NCBI RefSeq assembly: GCF_006345805.1
Contig: NC_043013.1
Span: 46,686,001 to 46,750,000, forward strand
Source: Octopus sinensis
Taxonomy: Eukaryota
DNA: 64,000 nucleotides
Direction: 5' to 3'
Shown here piece by piece: positions 52,063 to 64,000 of the stretch. The translations under genes were made by a program, and so were the position numbers. Numbering within the stretch: the stretch's first letter is position 1; each line of letters opens with the position of its first letter. Below the pieces are notes generated by a model. The model was not told the DNA's origin. It made no database searches and worked only from the letters and a program-made list of their open reading frames with translations.

Positions 52063-53337
52063 TATGTCATTGATGAGTAACATAATCCGGGTGTATCATG
52101 CGTGGTCATAGTAAAGTTTTGGTGGACCAAAGTCAGGTTATAGTCCCACAGTAGACTATTAAATACAATTAAAACTAAGTGCGTGTTTGGTGGTCTATGA
52201 AGTTTTCCTTATGAATATTGTGACCGCACTTGAATTATGCGGTGCAACGTGGGTACATATAAGTGACTATATTATGTCATCTAATTCAGTGGTGGGGGCA
52301 AAATTTGTAGAAAATTTGAAAGCTGCTTCTAACAGGTCTATCGCCATGATGTAATCAGGTGTGGGCTTAAAAAATTGATGACTAACTACTTTCTATTAAG
52401 CGAAACAATCACCGAATGAGCCAAAGAGCCAACTATTCATACGATAAATCGATATTCCATTATCGAAGTGAAATCACAAAACACGTGTGTGTTTATCCAA
52501 CCGTCCCAATAATCAATCTGCTTATAGCAGCGTTAATAAAGGATTATTTGACAGCCAGCTCATGTATCGCTGAGTACGAATGAGTTGGTAGTGTTTCGTC
52601 ATGAGAAAAATATTTAATATTTCATAACCTCATTTGGCCTACATTTACGAAGGAAAATTCTGTTCTATTATGGGTCGGCTAGAAGAACAGCTGTTTGCAT
52701 AGAATTCCTTAACTAATTCAGGGTACATAACACAGATGGTTTTAATTGGATGGTTACATGCAAAAGAAGTGTCCAGTCCAGGTAAATATTTAGCGACAAA
52801 ATAGAAAGACAATAACGTCTCTTTCTGTCTAAGTGTGGATCTACAAAATATCGGCTTTTCATCTTGAAACCAAGTTGCCCACACTTTTCTTACCGATAGA
52901 AAGAACTTAACTTCTCAGTTTAACTTCATTATATTCTAACATATTTTTCTCTTTTTATCAGTTCTTACATCCTTTAATTCTACAATTATCAACACTCTCT
53001 AGTAAGCTTGCATATTCAATTTACCTGCTTGAAAACATTGTCAAGCTTCTATAACACCAACTATCTAAGACTGACACTACTATTTAAAAAAACTTTTCTC
53101 TTAACGTACATATCTTACGTTACACAAAATTTTCCACTGAGAGAAAGAAAGAAAAAAGCAATGAGCAAAACAAAAAGCAAGACCCTTGCAGCTATTTTGC
53201 AGTGAGATTGGCTGTAATTGCAGTTAAAATAGAAAACTATACTCGGCAATGAGAAGTTAACAACGGAACAAAGTGAATAAGCAAGCTGTTTCAATAGAGA
53301 ACCATTCGGCGGTAAGCGGTAATTGGCGCCAATACAA

Positions 53338-53940
53338 ACGTACATACATACATGTACATACATACATACATACATACAAATACATGCATATACATACTAT
53401 ACATATATATATATATACACACATAATAATAATATATATATTATATATATTATATATATTTATATACATTTAGACCATACTACGCACACACACATATATA
53501 TATATATGTATATATGTATGTATATATAATATGTATATATGTATATATATATATATATATCTATATAATATATATATATATATATATATGTATATGTATA
53601 TATATATATGTATATGTATATATGTATGTATGTATGTATATAGTTATATATACACACATATTTGTTTTGTATATATATATAATATATATATACTTATGTA
53701 TATATACATATATACAAATATATATATACTAAACAAATATGTGTACATATATATCAATGTATGAATACATATACATACATATATATATATATATATGTAT
53801 ACATGTATGTATATTTACCTGTGTATGTGTATGCATACGCATGTATGTGTGCATATATTCATGTGTGTACCTACACACACACACACGCACGCACAAAACA
53901 CACACACATGTATATACATAGACATCTACATACGTATGTG
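53338..53940. repeat. TA/CA-rich compound microsatellite
   Basis: Directly visible. Confidence 0.9.
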
Positions 53941-54189
53941 CATAATGTCACCTGGAGTGGGTAGCAGTTCCAGTGCAGGGGAGAAGAGAAAACACGTATT
54001 TTTTTGGGCTGAGTGCAATGGCAACACAGTGAAGCACCATGAAACAATATCTTTCCGCATCATTTTCTAGTAAGAAAATCAAATTTTAGAAAACTAGACA
54101 GATTGTCTTTTCTATCTTCTCAGCCTGGAGATGCATTCTCCCGCTAAAAAAAAAAAAAAGGGGAAAAATAAATGAACAAAAATATACCT

Positions 54190-54519
54190 AATACCACTAC
54201 TACAACTACAACACTACTACTACTACTACTACTACTACTACGAGTACTATTGATGATGATGATAATGATGATGATGATGATGATGATAATAATAAGAAGA
54301 ATAATTTCTTATACCTCTATGACAACAACAATAGCAACAACGATAACAGATATGGAAACCAAGAGAGTAGTAATAACATTGCTTTGGATTGTTGTGCGAA
54401 ATTGATCTTGAAAGAAAAATAAGTGTGTAATAATAATAACAATAACAAAAATAACAATAATAATAAATAATAATAATAATAATAATAATAAATAATAATA
54501 ATAACAATAACAAATAATA

Positions 54520-54560
<41 letters not shown>

Positions 54561-55089
54561 TAATATAATAATAATAATAATACAAAACAAAATAATAACA
54601 ATAAAATAATAATAATAATATAATAATAATAATAAAATAATAAATAAATAATAATAATAATAATATAATAATAACAACAGTAGTTGTTTCTATATTTGAC
54701 ATTGATGATGATGATGATGGTGGTGGTGGTAGTGGTAGTGGTGGTGGTGGTGGTGGTGATGATGATGATGGTGGTGGTGATGATGGTGATGGTGGTGGTG
54801 ATGATGATGATGATGATGATGACGATGATGATGGTGGTGGTGATGGTGGTGGTGATGGCGGTGGTGGTGGGGGTGATGAGATGATATGATGATGAGATGA
54901 TGATGATGATGATGATGGTGATGAGATGATGATGGTGATGATGATGGTGAGGTGATGATGATGATGATGGTGGTGTGTGATGATGGTGATGGTGATGATG
55001 ATGAATGATGATGATGTGGTGGTGGTGGTGGTGATGATGATGATGATGATATTATGATGATGATGTGATGATTATGGTGGTGGTGGTGG

Positions 55090-55123
<34 letters not shown>

Positions 55124-55181
55124 GTGATGATGATGATGATATGATGATGATGATGATGATGATGATGTGGTGGTGGTGGTG

Positions 55182-55212
<31 letters not shown>

Positions 55213-55513
55213 GATGATGATGATGATGATTGATGGATGATGATGGTGATGATGATGATGATGAGATGATGATGATGATGGTTGATGATGATGAAGATGA
55301 TGTGGTGGTGGTGGTGATGATGATGATGAGTGTGATGATGATGATGATGATATGATGGTGGTGGTTGTGGTGATGATGATGATGATGATGTTGATGATGA
55401 TGATGAATGATGATGATGATGATGATGATGATGTGATGTGATGGTGGGGGGGTGGTGATGATGATGATGATGATGGTGGTGGTGGGGTGTGATATGATGA
55501 TGATGGTGATGAT

Positions 55514-55545
<32 letters not shown>

Positions 55546-55607
55546 GATGATGATGATGATGGTGATGAGATGATGATGATGACGATGATGATGATGATGA
55601 TGATGAT

Positions 55608-55681
<74 letters not shown>

Positions 55682-55754
55682 TGATGAGATGATGATGATG
55701 GTGATGATGATGATGATGATGTGTGGTGTGGTGATGATGATGATGATGATATGG

Positions 55755-55791
<37 letters not shown>

Positions 55792-55909
55792 ATGATGATG
55801 ATGATGATGATGATGATGATTATGATGATGATATATGGTGGTGGTGGTGGTGATGATGATGATGATGATATGATGAAATATGTGATGATGATGGTGGGTG
55901 GTGGTGGTG

Positions 55910-55968
<59 letters not shown>

Positions 55969-55969
55969 G

Positions 55970-56019
<50 letters not shown>

Positions 56020-56150
56020 GATGGTGATGATGATGGTGAGGATGATGATGATGGTGATGGTGATGGTGGTGCTGGTGATGATGGTGATGATGATGGTGAT
56101 GATGATGAGTATGATGATGGCGATGATGCTGATGATGATGGTGGTGATGG

Positions 56151-56199
<49 letters not shown>

Positions 56200-56200
56200 A
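54190..56200. repeat. ~2-kb trinucleotide array: (CTA)n, (AAT)n, (GAT/GGT)n
   Basis: Directly visible. Confidence 0.95.
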
Positions 56201-56654
56201 TAAAAAAAATTATACAATAGACACAGAAAAATGCTGTTTCTGTAAGTGGAGGCTTACATGAAATTTTGTTTGCAATGATTATTTCTGTTCGACTCTTTTC
56301 TAGTTTCTTGTTTCTGTTTTATTATTATGTATATATATTTTTTCTGTTTGTGAGTGTGTATATATATATATATATGCATGTATTTCTGTATGTATGTGTG
56401 TGTGTTCGCGCGTGCGCGTGTTGTGTGTGTGTGTGTGTGTGTGTCACTGGTTGGTTGCTTGGTTTTGTTGTCATCGTTTAGCTGAAGACAACAGTGAATT
56501 CTGTTTAATGTAATCAGCAGAAATAAGCAAACAAACAAAGGAACACGGTGCTATGTCAATATCATTGCAAGAATCTATCGCCTGATGGAGACTGGACCGC
56601 CAATTCTTTTACATAAGAGGTCTAGAGGTCTTCAGGGTGTGTTTGCCTAGGTTT

Positions 56655-56799
56655 TAGTGTGTTTGCGTGAGTTTGCTTTTAGTTCACATGTGCTTATATG
56701 TGTGTGCCTTTGTGTGTATGTGTGTGTATGTATGTGTGTGTGTGTGGTGTGTGTGGTGTGTGTGTGTGTGTGTGTGTATGTATGTGTGTGTGTGTGTGT

Positions 56800-56846
<47 letters not shown>

Positions 56847-57330
56847 GTGTGTGTGTGTGTGTGTGTGTGAGTGCTTTTTAAATAAATGTTCTAATTACAT
56901 ATGCTTCAAAAGACATAGATAAACGCAGATAGCTGCTTCTCTCCCGCTCTCTCTCTCTCTCTCTCTCTCTCTTTCCGCCCTTGTGTGTGTGTGTGTGTGT
57001 GTGTGCGCATGTGTGTTTGTGTGCGCAGATGTGTGTGCGTGTGTGAGTGTACTATATTGCATAAAGATGTGTTTATACATATTTCAATGCATATGCACGT
57101 GTATACGCATGCATTTCTGCATATATATATATATATAATATATGATATATATGTATGTGTGTGTGTGTGTGTGGTGTATGTGTGTGTGTGTGTGTGTGTT
57201 GTGTGTTTTATATGCATGATATATATGTACGCATCAATATATATTTATAAACGCACAAACACACACATATATACATATATTTATACACACACAAACACAC
57301 ATATATGCTTATATTCCTATATGTACAGAC
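56655..57330. repeat. (TG)n/(CT)n/(TA)n arrays
   Basis: Directly visible. Confidence 0.9.
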
Positions 57331-57721
57331 ACATACGCGCACATATGGACAAACAAGATCACATTTAAGTACATGCACACGAACTTTCTGATCCACGAAA
57401 TAGAAAAAAATCCATTCCAGAGAAAAAATCCCTTCCATAACTTCAGATACCAAATGTATATACATATAAGCTAAGTCGCATTCCGAAACACACAGATCCA
57501 TGGAGCCGCCATAAGTACATACGACACAAGACAACGAGGCAGCCTTTATGCGTTCGCTCGAACTACGAGAAATATCAATCATATTTCCCTCAAACAACAC
57601 CACACTCTCTTTAAGAAAGTGTAAGATCTAGATACTTTGACTAAAACAGATTGAGACAGTCATGGTTGGAATTCTTTACTCATTGGCATGCTGATAAATT
57701 CTCATCATTATTATTTAGTTC

Positions 57722-57905
57722 CAAGGCGGTGAAGTGGGAGAATCGTTAGCTCAGTGGCATCTCACCCAAGTTCAAATTGTGCCGAGGTCGACGTTGCCTT
57801 TCCTCCTTTCGGGGTCGATGAGATAAGTACCAGTTGAACACTGAGGTTGATTACGTCGATTAGCTCCCCACACCTAAATTTCAGGCCTTGTGCCTATAAT
57901 AGAAA
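57722..57905 (+). mobile_element. SINE family B, degenerate
   Basis: Family B motifs. Confidence 0.7.
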
Positions 57906-58261
57906 CGATTATTACTTGATGTCGCAAGTCTAGGAAGGGATGTCCACCTCTGCTGCATTGTCACTTGGAGTTGTTGAAATCAATATCGGACATATTTTCT
58001 TTGCTGATTCATATAACATGAGTGATAACCGTCTTGCTTTCTTAAATGAGACTTATCTACCTTTCGTAGCCTCATCTACGTTTCAGCCCCCATCCCTTAA
58101 ACGCCTTTGAATTATTCTTCGTTTCTGCAGTTAAAAACAGTTTCTTTGGTTAATGCAGCTAAATGACAAAACTATTGTAATAGCCACAGGTTTCCCCTTG
58201 AGGTATTTAATAAGTCTATTTGTGTTTCATATTATGAAAAGTCAACATTACATATGATATT

Positions 58262-58455
58262 AAGACGATGAGCTGGCAATCGTTAGCACGCCGGACAAAA
58301 TGCTTAGCGTTATTTAGTTCGTCTTTACGTTCTGAGTTCAAATGCCACCGAGGTCAACTTAGCTTTTCACCCTTCGGGGTCGGTAAAATATGTACCAGTA
58401 GAATACTGGGCCCACTTCTCGAACATGCCGGCTTTGTACTAAAATTTGAAGCCAA
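58262..58455 (+). mobile_element. SINE family B, degenerate
   Basis: Family B motifs. Confidence 0.7.
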
Positions 58456-59146
58456 CATTACATATGGCACTTAAAATTTTCAGTCGTCTGTAAATGCTTT
58501 TGAATCTTGATTATTTGTCGAGTCAAGCAATACCTTTGTTAGAGGTAATTTCGCAGCAAAACTTTTGCTCTCCACCGATATTTAATTCTTACAAATAGTG
58601 CATGTCTTTTGAGATTACTCTTTAGAAAATAATTGTCTGTGATTGTATCTTAATTAGCAATAGTTTGGATGTTTTTGCAACATAAGACAGAGATGGCAAC
58701 AAGAAAAGTTTTCCATATTCTTCCTGCCAAAGCTCTATGAACGCTGTTCATACTTGTTGCACCAGCGAATCATTATCCAAATGTTTGTTTCGGCTATTGC
58801 GTCCTGAATATATTACTAAGCTAATTTATCGAGACCACTTCCTTCAGTAGCTGGCCTTGCATAGAATCATTTGAAAAACTTCCTGATCTTTCCTCCAGCG
58901 ATGTACCTGAGGCATGTTGCGAATTGTTTAACTCTGCTGATGTTTGATGTTTCATAAGCAATGATGGAATAAACTGAACACTTATTTACGCCATTTACTA
59001 TGTATTTACCGGAACAATTACACCATTTACTTCAACAACCTCAGCTTTGATAACAAGACATTCTTTTAGGCAGGTTTCACTGTATATCTGCATCTACTGG
59101 TGTTTCAGTTTTTACTTCTGTATGAAAACTCTAAAAATTACTAGGG

Positions 59147-59388
59147 TTATTCTGTTGTGCCTGGGGAGAGTCATTTTATTTTTATTTTCATTTTATTTTT
59201 ATTGTCCTAAAATTTTCCTTGCGTCTTGCAAACTTTTCAATAGTCTTGACTCTTCAAGACTATTTGAAAAGGTTACAAGACGCAACGAAGATTTTAGGAC
59301 AAAAAAAAAGTGGAAATTTTACCGGTGAGTGTGTGTTAAATAATAAGGCATAAAAAGAAAATGACTCTTCCCAAACACAATAGGATAT
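59147..59388. repeat. ~240-bp palindromic fold-back element (MITE-like)
   Basis: Nested IRs GAGTCATTTT/AAAATGACTC, TTGTCCTAAAAT/ATTTTAGGACAA and AATAGTCTTGA/TCAAGACTATT. Confidence 0.7.
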
Positions 59389-59953
59389 GCTTCAACACAC
59401 GAACTCATATAAAGAATCTTGCAAACCAAATCCCAAAACGAAATATACTAGGGTTATTACATATCGGAAACCTTGTCTAAGCTTATGTCATCTCATTGGT
59501 CCAAATTTCGTTTGACAATGAATAATATTTTGGAAAATAATTTTAAAGTAGTATCTTTTCTCCGCTTCTTGCTGGCTGTGTGAAATGTTTTGCTGGTATC
59601 TCACCATGATGCATAGAAGTTTAAAAGTGGAATCTTTAAACTCCTCTACATCATGAACCGAAATATACGGTCTTTCTTTTTCTACTCTGATGACGAAGAC
59701 TCGATTTAACCAATGATTATTTGCTTCGACTGCGGGCTGTATATTGTGGGGACTACATCTACCAACATTATCATAAATCTTCGTGTCCCCAGAAAAAGTT
59801 GTTGGACTTATAACTCACTTTTTTTTCCCCTTTCATTTTCTCTGTCATTTGTACCCTGTGTAAGTTCTATATATTAATATAAACATCTATATATTACGGA
59901 GATGTACTTGCATAGCGAGTGACTTGATCTGAGATCGTGTGCTGGAACGAAAC

Positions 59954-60205
59954 CAATTGCAGTGTGGAAGGTGTTTATAAGCCATTTAAGAAACACACAA
60001 AACCGTAAGATTCACTTCAACATATAAATTTAATTTGTCAAAATATTTTCGTCGCTTTGAGACCGCGACCTGTTCACTGACAAAACTTCGTGCAGCATCT
60101 CAAAGCGACGAAAATATTTTGACAAATTAAATTTATATGTTGAAGTGAATCTAACGGTTTTGTGTGTTTCTTAATGGCTTATAAACACCTTCCACGCTGC
60201 AATTG
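59954..60205. mobile_element. Near-perfect ~108-bp inverted repeat (Penelope-style) containing a variant hammerhead
   Basis: Arms 59954-60062 and 60098-60205 differ at about 3 positions. Confidence 0.8.
60034..60085 (-). ncRNA. Putative type I hammerhead ribozyme with a G3-C8 core variant
   Basis: UUUGUCA-GUGAACA-G-GUCGC-ggucucaaa-GCGAC-GAAA-AUAU-UU-UGACAAA. Confidence 0.55.
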
Positions 60206-60509
60206 TATATATATATATATATATATATATTTATACTTAGATATTCATCGTCTGAGAATATTTAGTCTTTGCTTTCTCTCTCTTTGCGTGTATACATAAA
60301 AAATTTTTGTTTCTATATCAAACTCAAACTGTTATATTTAACTTGCTTGTCCTCATAATTGTCTCCATATCTGTTCATCTGGATTCTTCTCATAACCACT
60401 CTTTACTCCGTGGCATGCATCCCTCATTAAGACATCGGAGTTTAAGTTCGAATCACCTGAGCCTTCATCAAGTGTTTTCTATACAGTCTCTGGATTTCAC
60501 CTGTTGACA

Positions 60510-60576
60510 ACATACATACATATATACACATACATATACGTATATGTATGCATATATATATATATATATATATGTA

Positions 60577-60643
<67 letters not shown>

Positions 60644-60731
60644 CATACATATACATAAATAAGTGCACATATCTACAAATAGAACTATATATCTACCTAT
60701 CTATATGTGCGTGTGTGTATATGTATGCATG

Positions 60732-60788
<57 letters not shown>

Positions 60789-60790
60789 TA

Positions 60791-60837
<47 letters not shown>

Positions 60838-60925
60838 TATATATATTATAGGTGTAATATATATATGTATGTGTGTATATATATATATAGATATATAGAT
60901 ATAGATATGTATATAAAATTATATA
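60510..60925. repeat. (TA)n-rich array
   Basis: Directly visible. Confidence 0.9.
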
Positions 60926-61618
60926 TGAATGTATGTGTTTGTCTTCATGCATGCAAACATTACATGGATACACATACGCATGTGTTAGTGCGCAAACTAA
61001 GCAAATTTGTTATAAAGGAATGGAAAATAATTGAAAAATAAACACTTCTTAACGAGAGAAAAATCGAGAGAAGAGAATCGCCAGGGCTTAGAAATAATTT
61101 ACACTGAAGTGAAAAATATATCATTCCAGCTTGAAGCTACAGTAACACAAATTTCACCGTAAACTCAATATTAGTAAACTCAGTGAAAAAAAATTTACTA
61201 ATAAAAAAAACAATAACTTTACGTTCACAAGTCACAAGCAGATAAACATTAATCAAAGTGTTTTGGCTGCTGGCTGAAAGATTTTTTTTGTTCTACTTTT
61301 GTTTCTGTGTAGTCTGTCATGTTAGCCATATCTTAATGGTGTAGCCGCATCTTCTCAGCGATAATCTCGCACCTTAATGATGTTGCACCCTCCTAGTGAT
61401 GTTATTACACGTTAATAATCATCTGACGTCACACAGATATTCTAACACTTTTACGATGTGACGTCATACTAATAGTCTGTCATATGATAAGAGCTAACGC
61501 ACGAAACTCTCGAACCTTGAGTCACTCTGTCACTTCTGCTAAATATTAATAAAAACAATATATATACGAATATACGTATATATATATATAATATATATAT
61601 ATGTGTGTATATATATAC

Positions 61619-61656
<38 letters not shown>

Positions 61657-61657
61657 T

Positions 61658-61689
<32 letters not shown>

Positions 61690-61709
61690 CACAGGTTTAT
61701 TATATTATA

Positions 61710-61740
<31 letters not shown>

Positions 61741-61960
61741 CAGGGTTGGCCAAAAGTTATCTGCCAGTAAATCAAAACCATTTAATTCCAAGATTTATTT
61801 ATGTGTAACAATTGAATGAATTTAATGAAAGCATCTAAATACGAAACATCGTGAAAATTGTTCAAACTGAAGTCCTCCATGAGCGACACATTTTTCCATT
61901 TGTGTCAATACAGCATTACAAATAGTATTTATGTTACTTTGATTGGGTGACTTTTGGCCT
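61741..61960. mobile_element. Possible Tc1/mariner-derived MITE in (TA)n
   Basis: CAGGGTTGGCCAAAAGTTATC at the left and GGGTGACTTTTGGCC at the right form a partial TIR, with TA flanks. Confidence 0.45.
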
Positions 61961-62404
61961 ATATATATATATATATATAAATCCAATATAAGTAGAAATC
62001 AACCAAAAAGTACTTCATCTAGTGAGAGATAAATTTAATTTAATGCACAACCGAAAGAGCTACAAATAGCTTCGTGCTTTTATGATATTTTAACTAGACA
62101 CACGCTCACACAGAGACACAGAAACACACGTGTGTATGCATATATATATGTATGCATGTGTATATATTTGTGTGTATGTATGCATCTATGCATTCCTCAT
62201 ATTCATGTGTTTGTGTGTTTGTATGCATGTGTGTGTGTATGTGTGAGAAGTCTACGTGTGTGTATATGGTCATGTGTTTCAGTCTTGATGTGTATATGTA
62301 TTTGTGTGTTTGTGCTTGTTTGTCCATATTGCCGATGTACCTATGCATCCGTTTACTTACATATCCATTTACCTACACAAACACACACACACACATACAC
62401 ATAT

Positions 62405-62570
62405 TTTTCTCTCCTTTTTTTCTCTCCTTGTTTTTTCTGTGTCCCTTTCTGTAGAAGAGCGTAGGCTCGAAACGTAAAAAACTTTTTCTATTCCTGAGCG
62501 TTATACTAATACATCTGTTTGTTTGGTACACCACCTGTCTTCGTCTTTTGCTTTTTCCGCAAACTCTCCC
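62405..62570 (+). mobile_element. Penelope-like terminal repeat with an HHR-like motif
   Basis: CTTT-CTGTAGA-A-GAGC-GTAG-GCTC-GAAA-CGTA-AAAA. The same family occurs at ~29550-29595 and 44878-44970. Confidence 0.55.
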
Positions 62571-62585
62571 AATATTATATAATAA

Positions 62586-62642
<57 letters not shown>

Positions 62643-62665
62643 ATATATAATATTATATATATAAT

Positions 62666-62703
<38 letters not shown>

Positions 62704-62988
62704 TAATATATATATATATATGATGTCGTTGTAATGTTCTGATATCTTGTAAAGATCATTACACTGACTTATTCCATCAAATTAATGGTAGTTTAGAATA
62801 TCAGTTTTTAATGGCTTAGTTAGGAGGTGAAAAGCAGCAACCATCCTCTATTGAGGTTTCCAAGGCTAGTGAGACGAAAGGGGGAAATTCTCTATAAAAT
62901 GGATCTGAATTCTACTAACAAAAAAAAAAAAAATGCTATCAAACCGGATGACGGATTAAGTCCAATATCACCCGTATATATATGTATA

Positions 62989-63025
<37 letters not shown>

Positions 63026-63129
63026 ATTATAGTATATGTATATGTATATGTAATATGTATATGTATAGTTATATATGCATATATATATTATATATATGTA
63101 TATATATATTTTTTATTTTTTAATTTTTT

Positions 63130-63180
63130 ATTTTATCTAGTTTTAGCTTACAAGCTGTGGCCATGCTGGGGCACCGCCAT
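63130..63180 (-). mobile_element. Extremely 5'-truncated CR1/L2-like LINE tail
   Basis: Minus strand reads GGCGGTGCCCCAGCATGGCCACAGCTTGTAAGCTAAAACTAGATAAAA, matching 37782-37830. Confidence 0.7.
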
Positions 63181-63227
63181 AATATATATATTATATATAT
63201 GTATATATACGTGTAATATATATATTT

Positions 63228-63262
<35 letters not shown>

Positions 63263-64000
63263 TGTGTGTGTGTTGTATGTGTGTGTGTATATGTATATAT
63301 ATATGTATGTATGTAAGTATGTATATATGTGTATATCATATCAGATCGCCATTCCAGTAGTTATATATATTAACGAAGTGGAGGAAAACTTGATGTCAGA
63401 AAATCTTTATTTACCCAAGTAAACAGCTCAATTGATGTCAAGACTGGGAAAATATTCAGCGCATTTAATCGGCTGAACTGAAAAGGCCTAGTCTTCCCTT
63501 TGAACTTCAAATTCTATAAATCAAAGCATAATGGCCTTTATGTGTTTCCATATGGATGTAAATCGAATCAAAGAGCATGGAATAAAAAAATGAAAAGAAA
63601 AAAAAGAAAACAGTAAAAAGAAAACGGAAAAAAAAATGTAAAGAAGTGTTACAGCTGCTTTTTTTTTCTACAAGTTCCTTTTGCAAAATCATGGGCTCTG
63701 AATAAAGTAAGTACATTGTAATAAAAAAAATCTGAGAATCTGATTGGAGCAGCGTTATGGAAGACAATTATGGTCACATCTCCGACATCTTTCTTCACAC
63801 ATGTCTCATAAAAAGTATTAATCGAACTATGAATCAATGAAAAATCAAACAGGCATAAGAGGAAAAATTATCAACTACTTTTCGTTTAAGTATTCGTACA
63901 TATGTCCGTCTTCGTTTGCGGAAAATATTAATGAATGAAACGAAAAAACCCGAAGTGATATGTAACTTTACGGAATTAGGCTCATAAAATTTTGGGGTTT

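Noticed and set aside
55072-56220. 381-aa poly-Ile/His ORF and a Gly/Asp-rich acidic ORF resembling a biomineral protein
   Set aside because: Both are reading frames of the GAT/GGT array, with frequent phase slips.
63437-63500. Nested hairpin AAGACTGGG/CCTAGTCTT with TTCAGC/GCTGAA
   Set aside because: It matches no known RNA motif I can recognise and is short enough to be chance.

Overview
AT-rich, extremely repeat-dense eukaryotic DNA with no intact protein-coding gene that I can support. It looks intergenic or intronic. The SINE repertoire and microsatellite load strongly suggest an octopus (cephalopod) genome, which is an inference. Most long ORFs in the track are microsatellite artefacts. 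The window holds dozens of copies of at least three tRNA-derived SINE families and decayed LINE 3' ends (RTE x3, CR1/L2-like, Hero/RLE, Tx1-like). It also has a Penelope GIY-YIG relic, two mariner relics, an intron-containing Chapaev3-type transposase pseudogene, a Merlin-like MITE, a hAT-like MITE, a non-autonomous Helitron and a 100-N gap. The most striking unannotated signal is about a dozen minimal type I hammerhead-ribozyme (HHR) motifs from about six unrelated repeat families, mostly in inverted Penelope-style duplications. These include a tRNA-headed SINE-like element carrying an HHR, an HHR with a compensatory G3-C8 core swap, and an HHR with a greatly expanded helix II. All family names come from motif recognition, not database searches.
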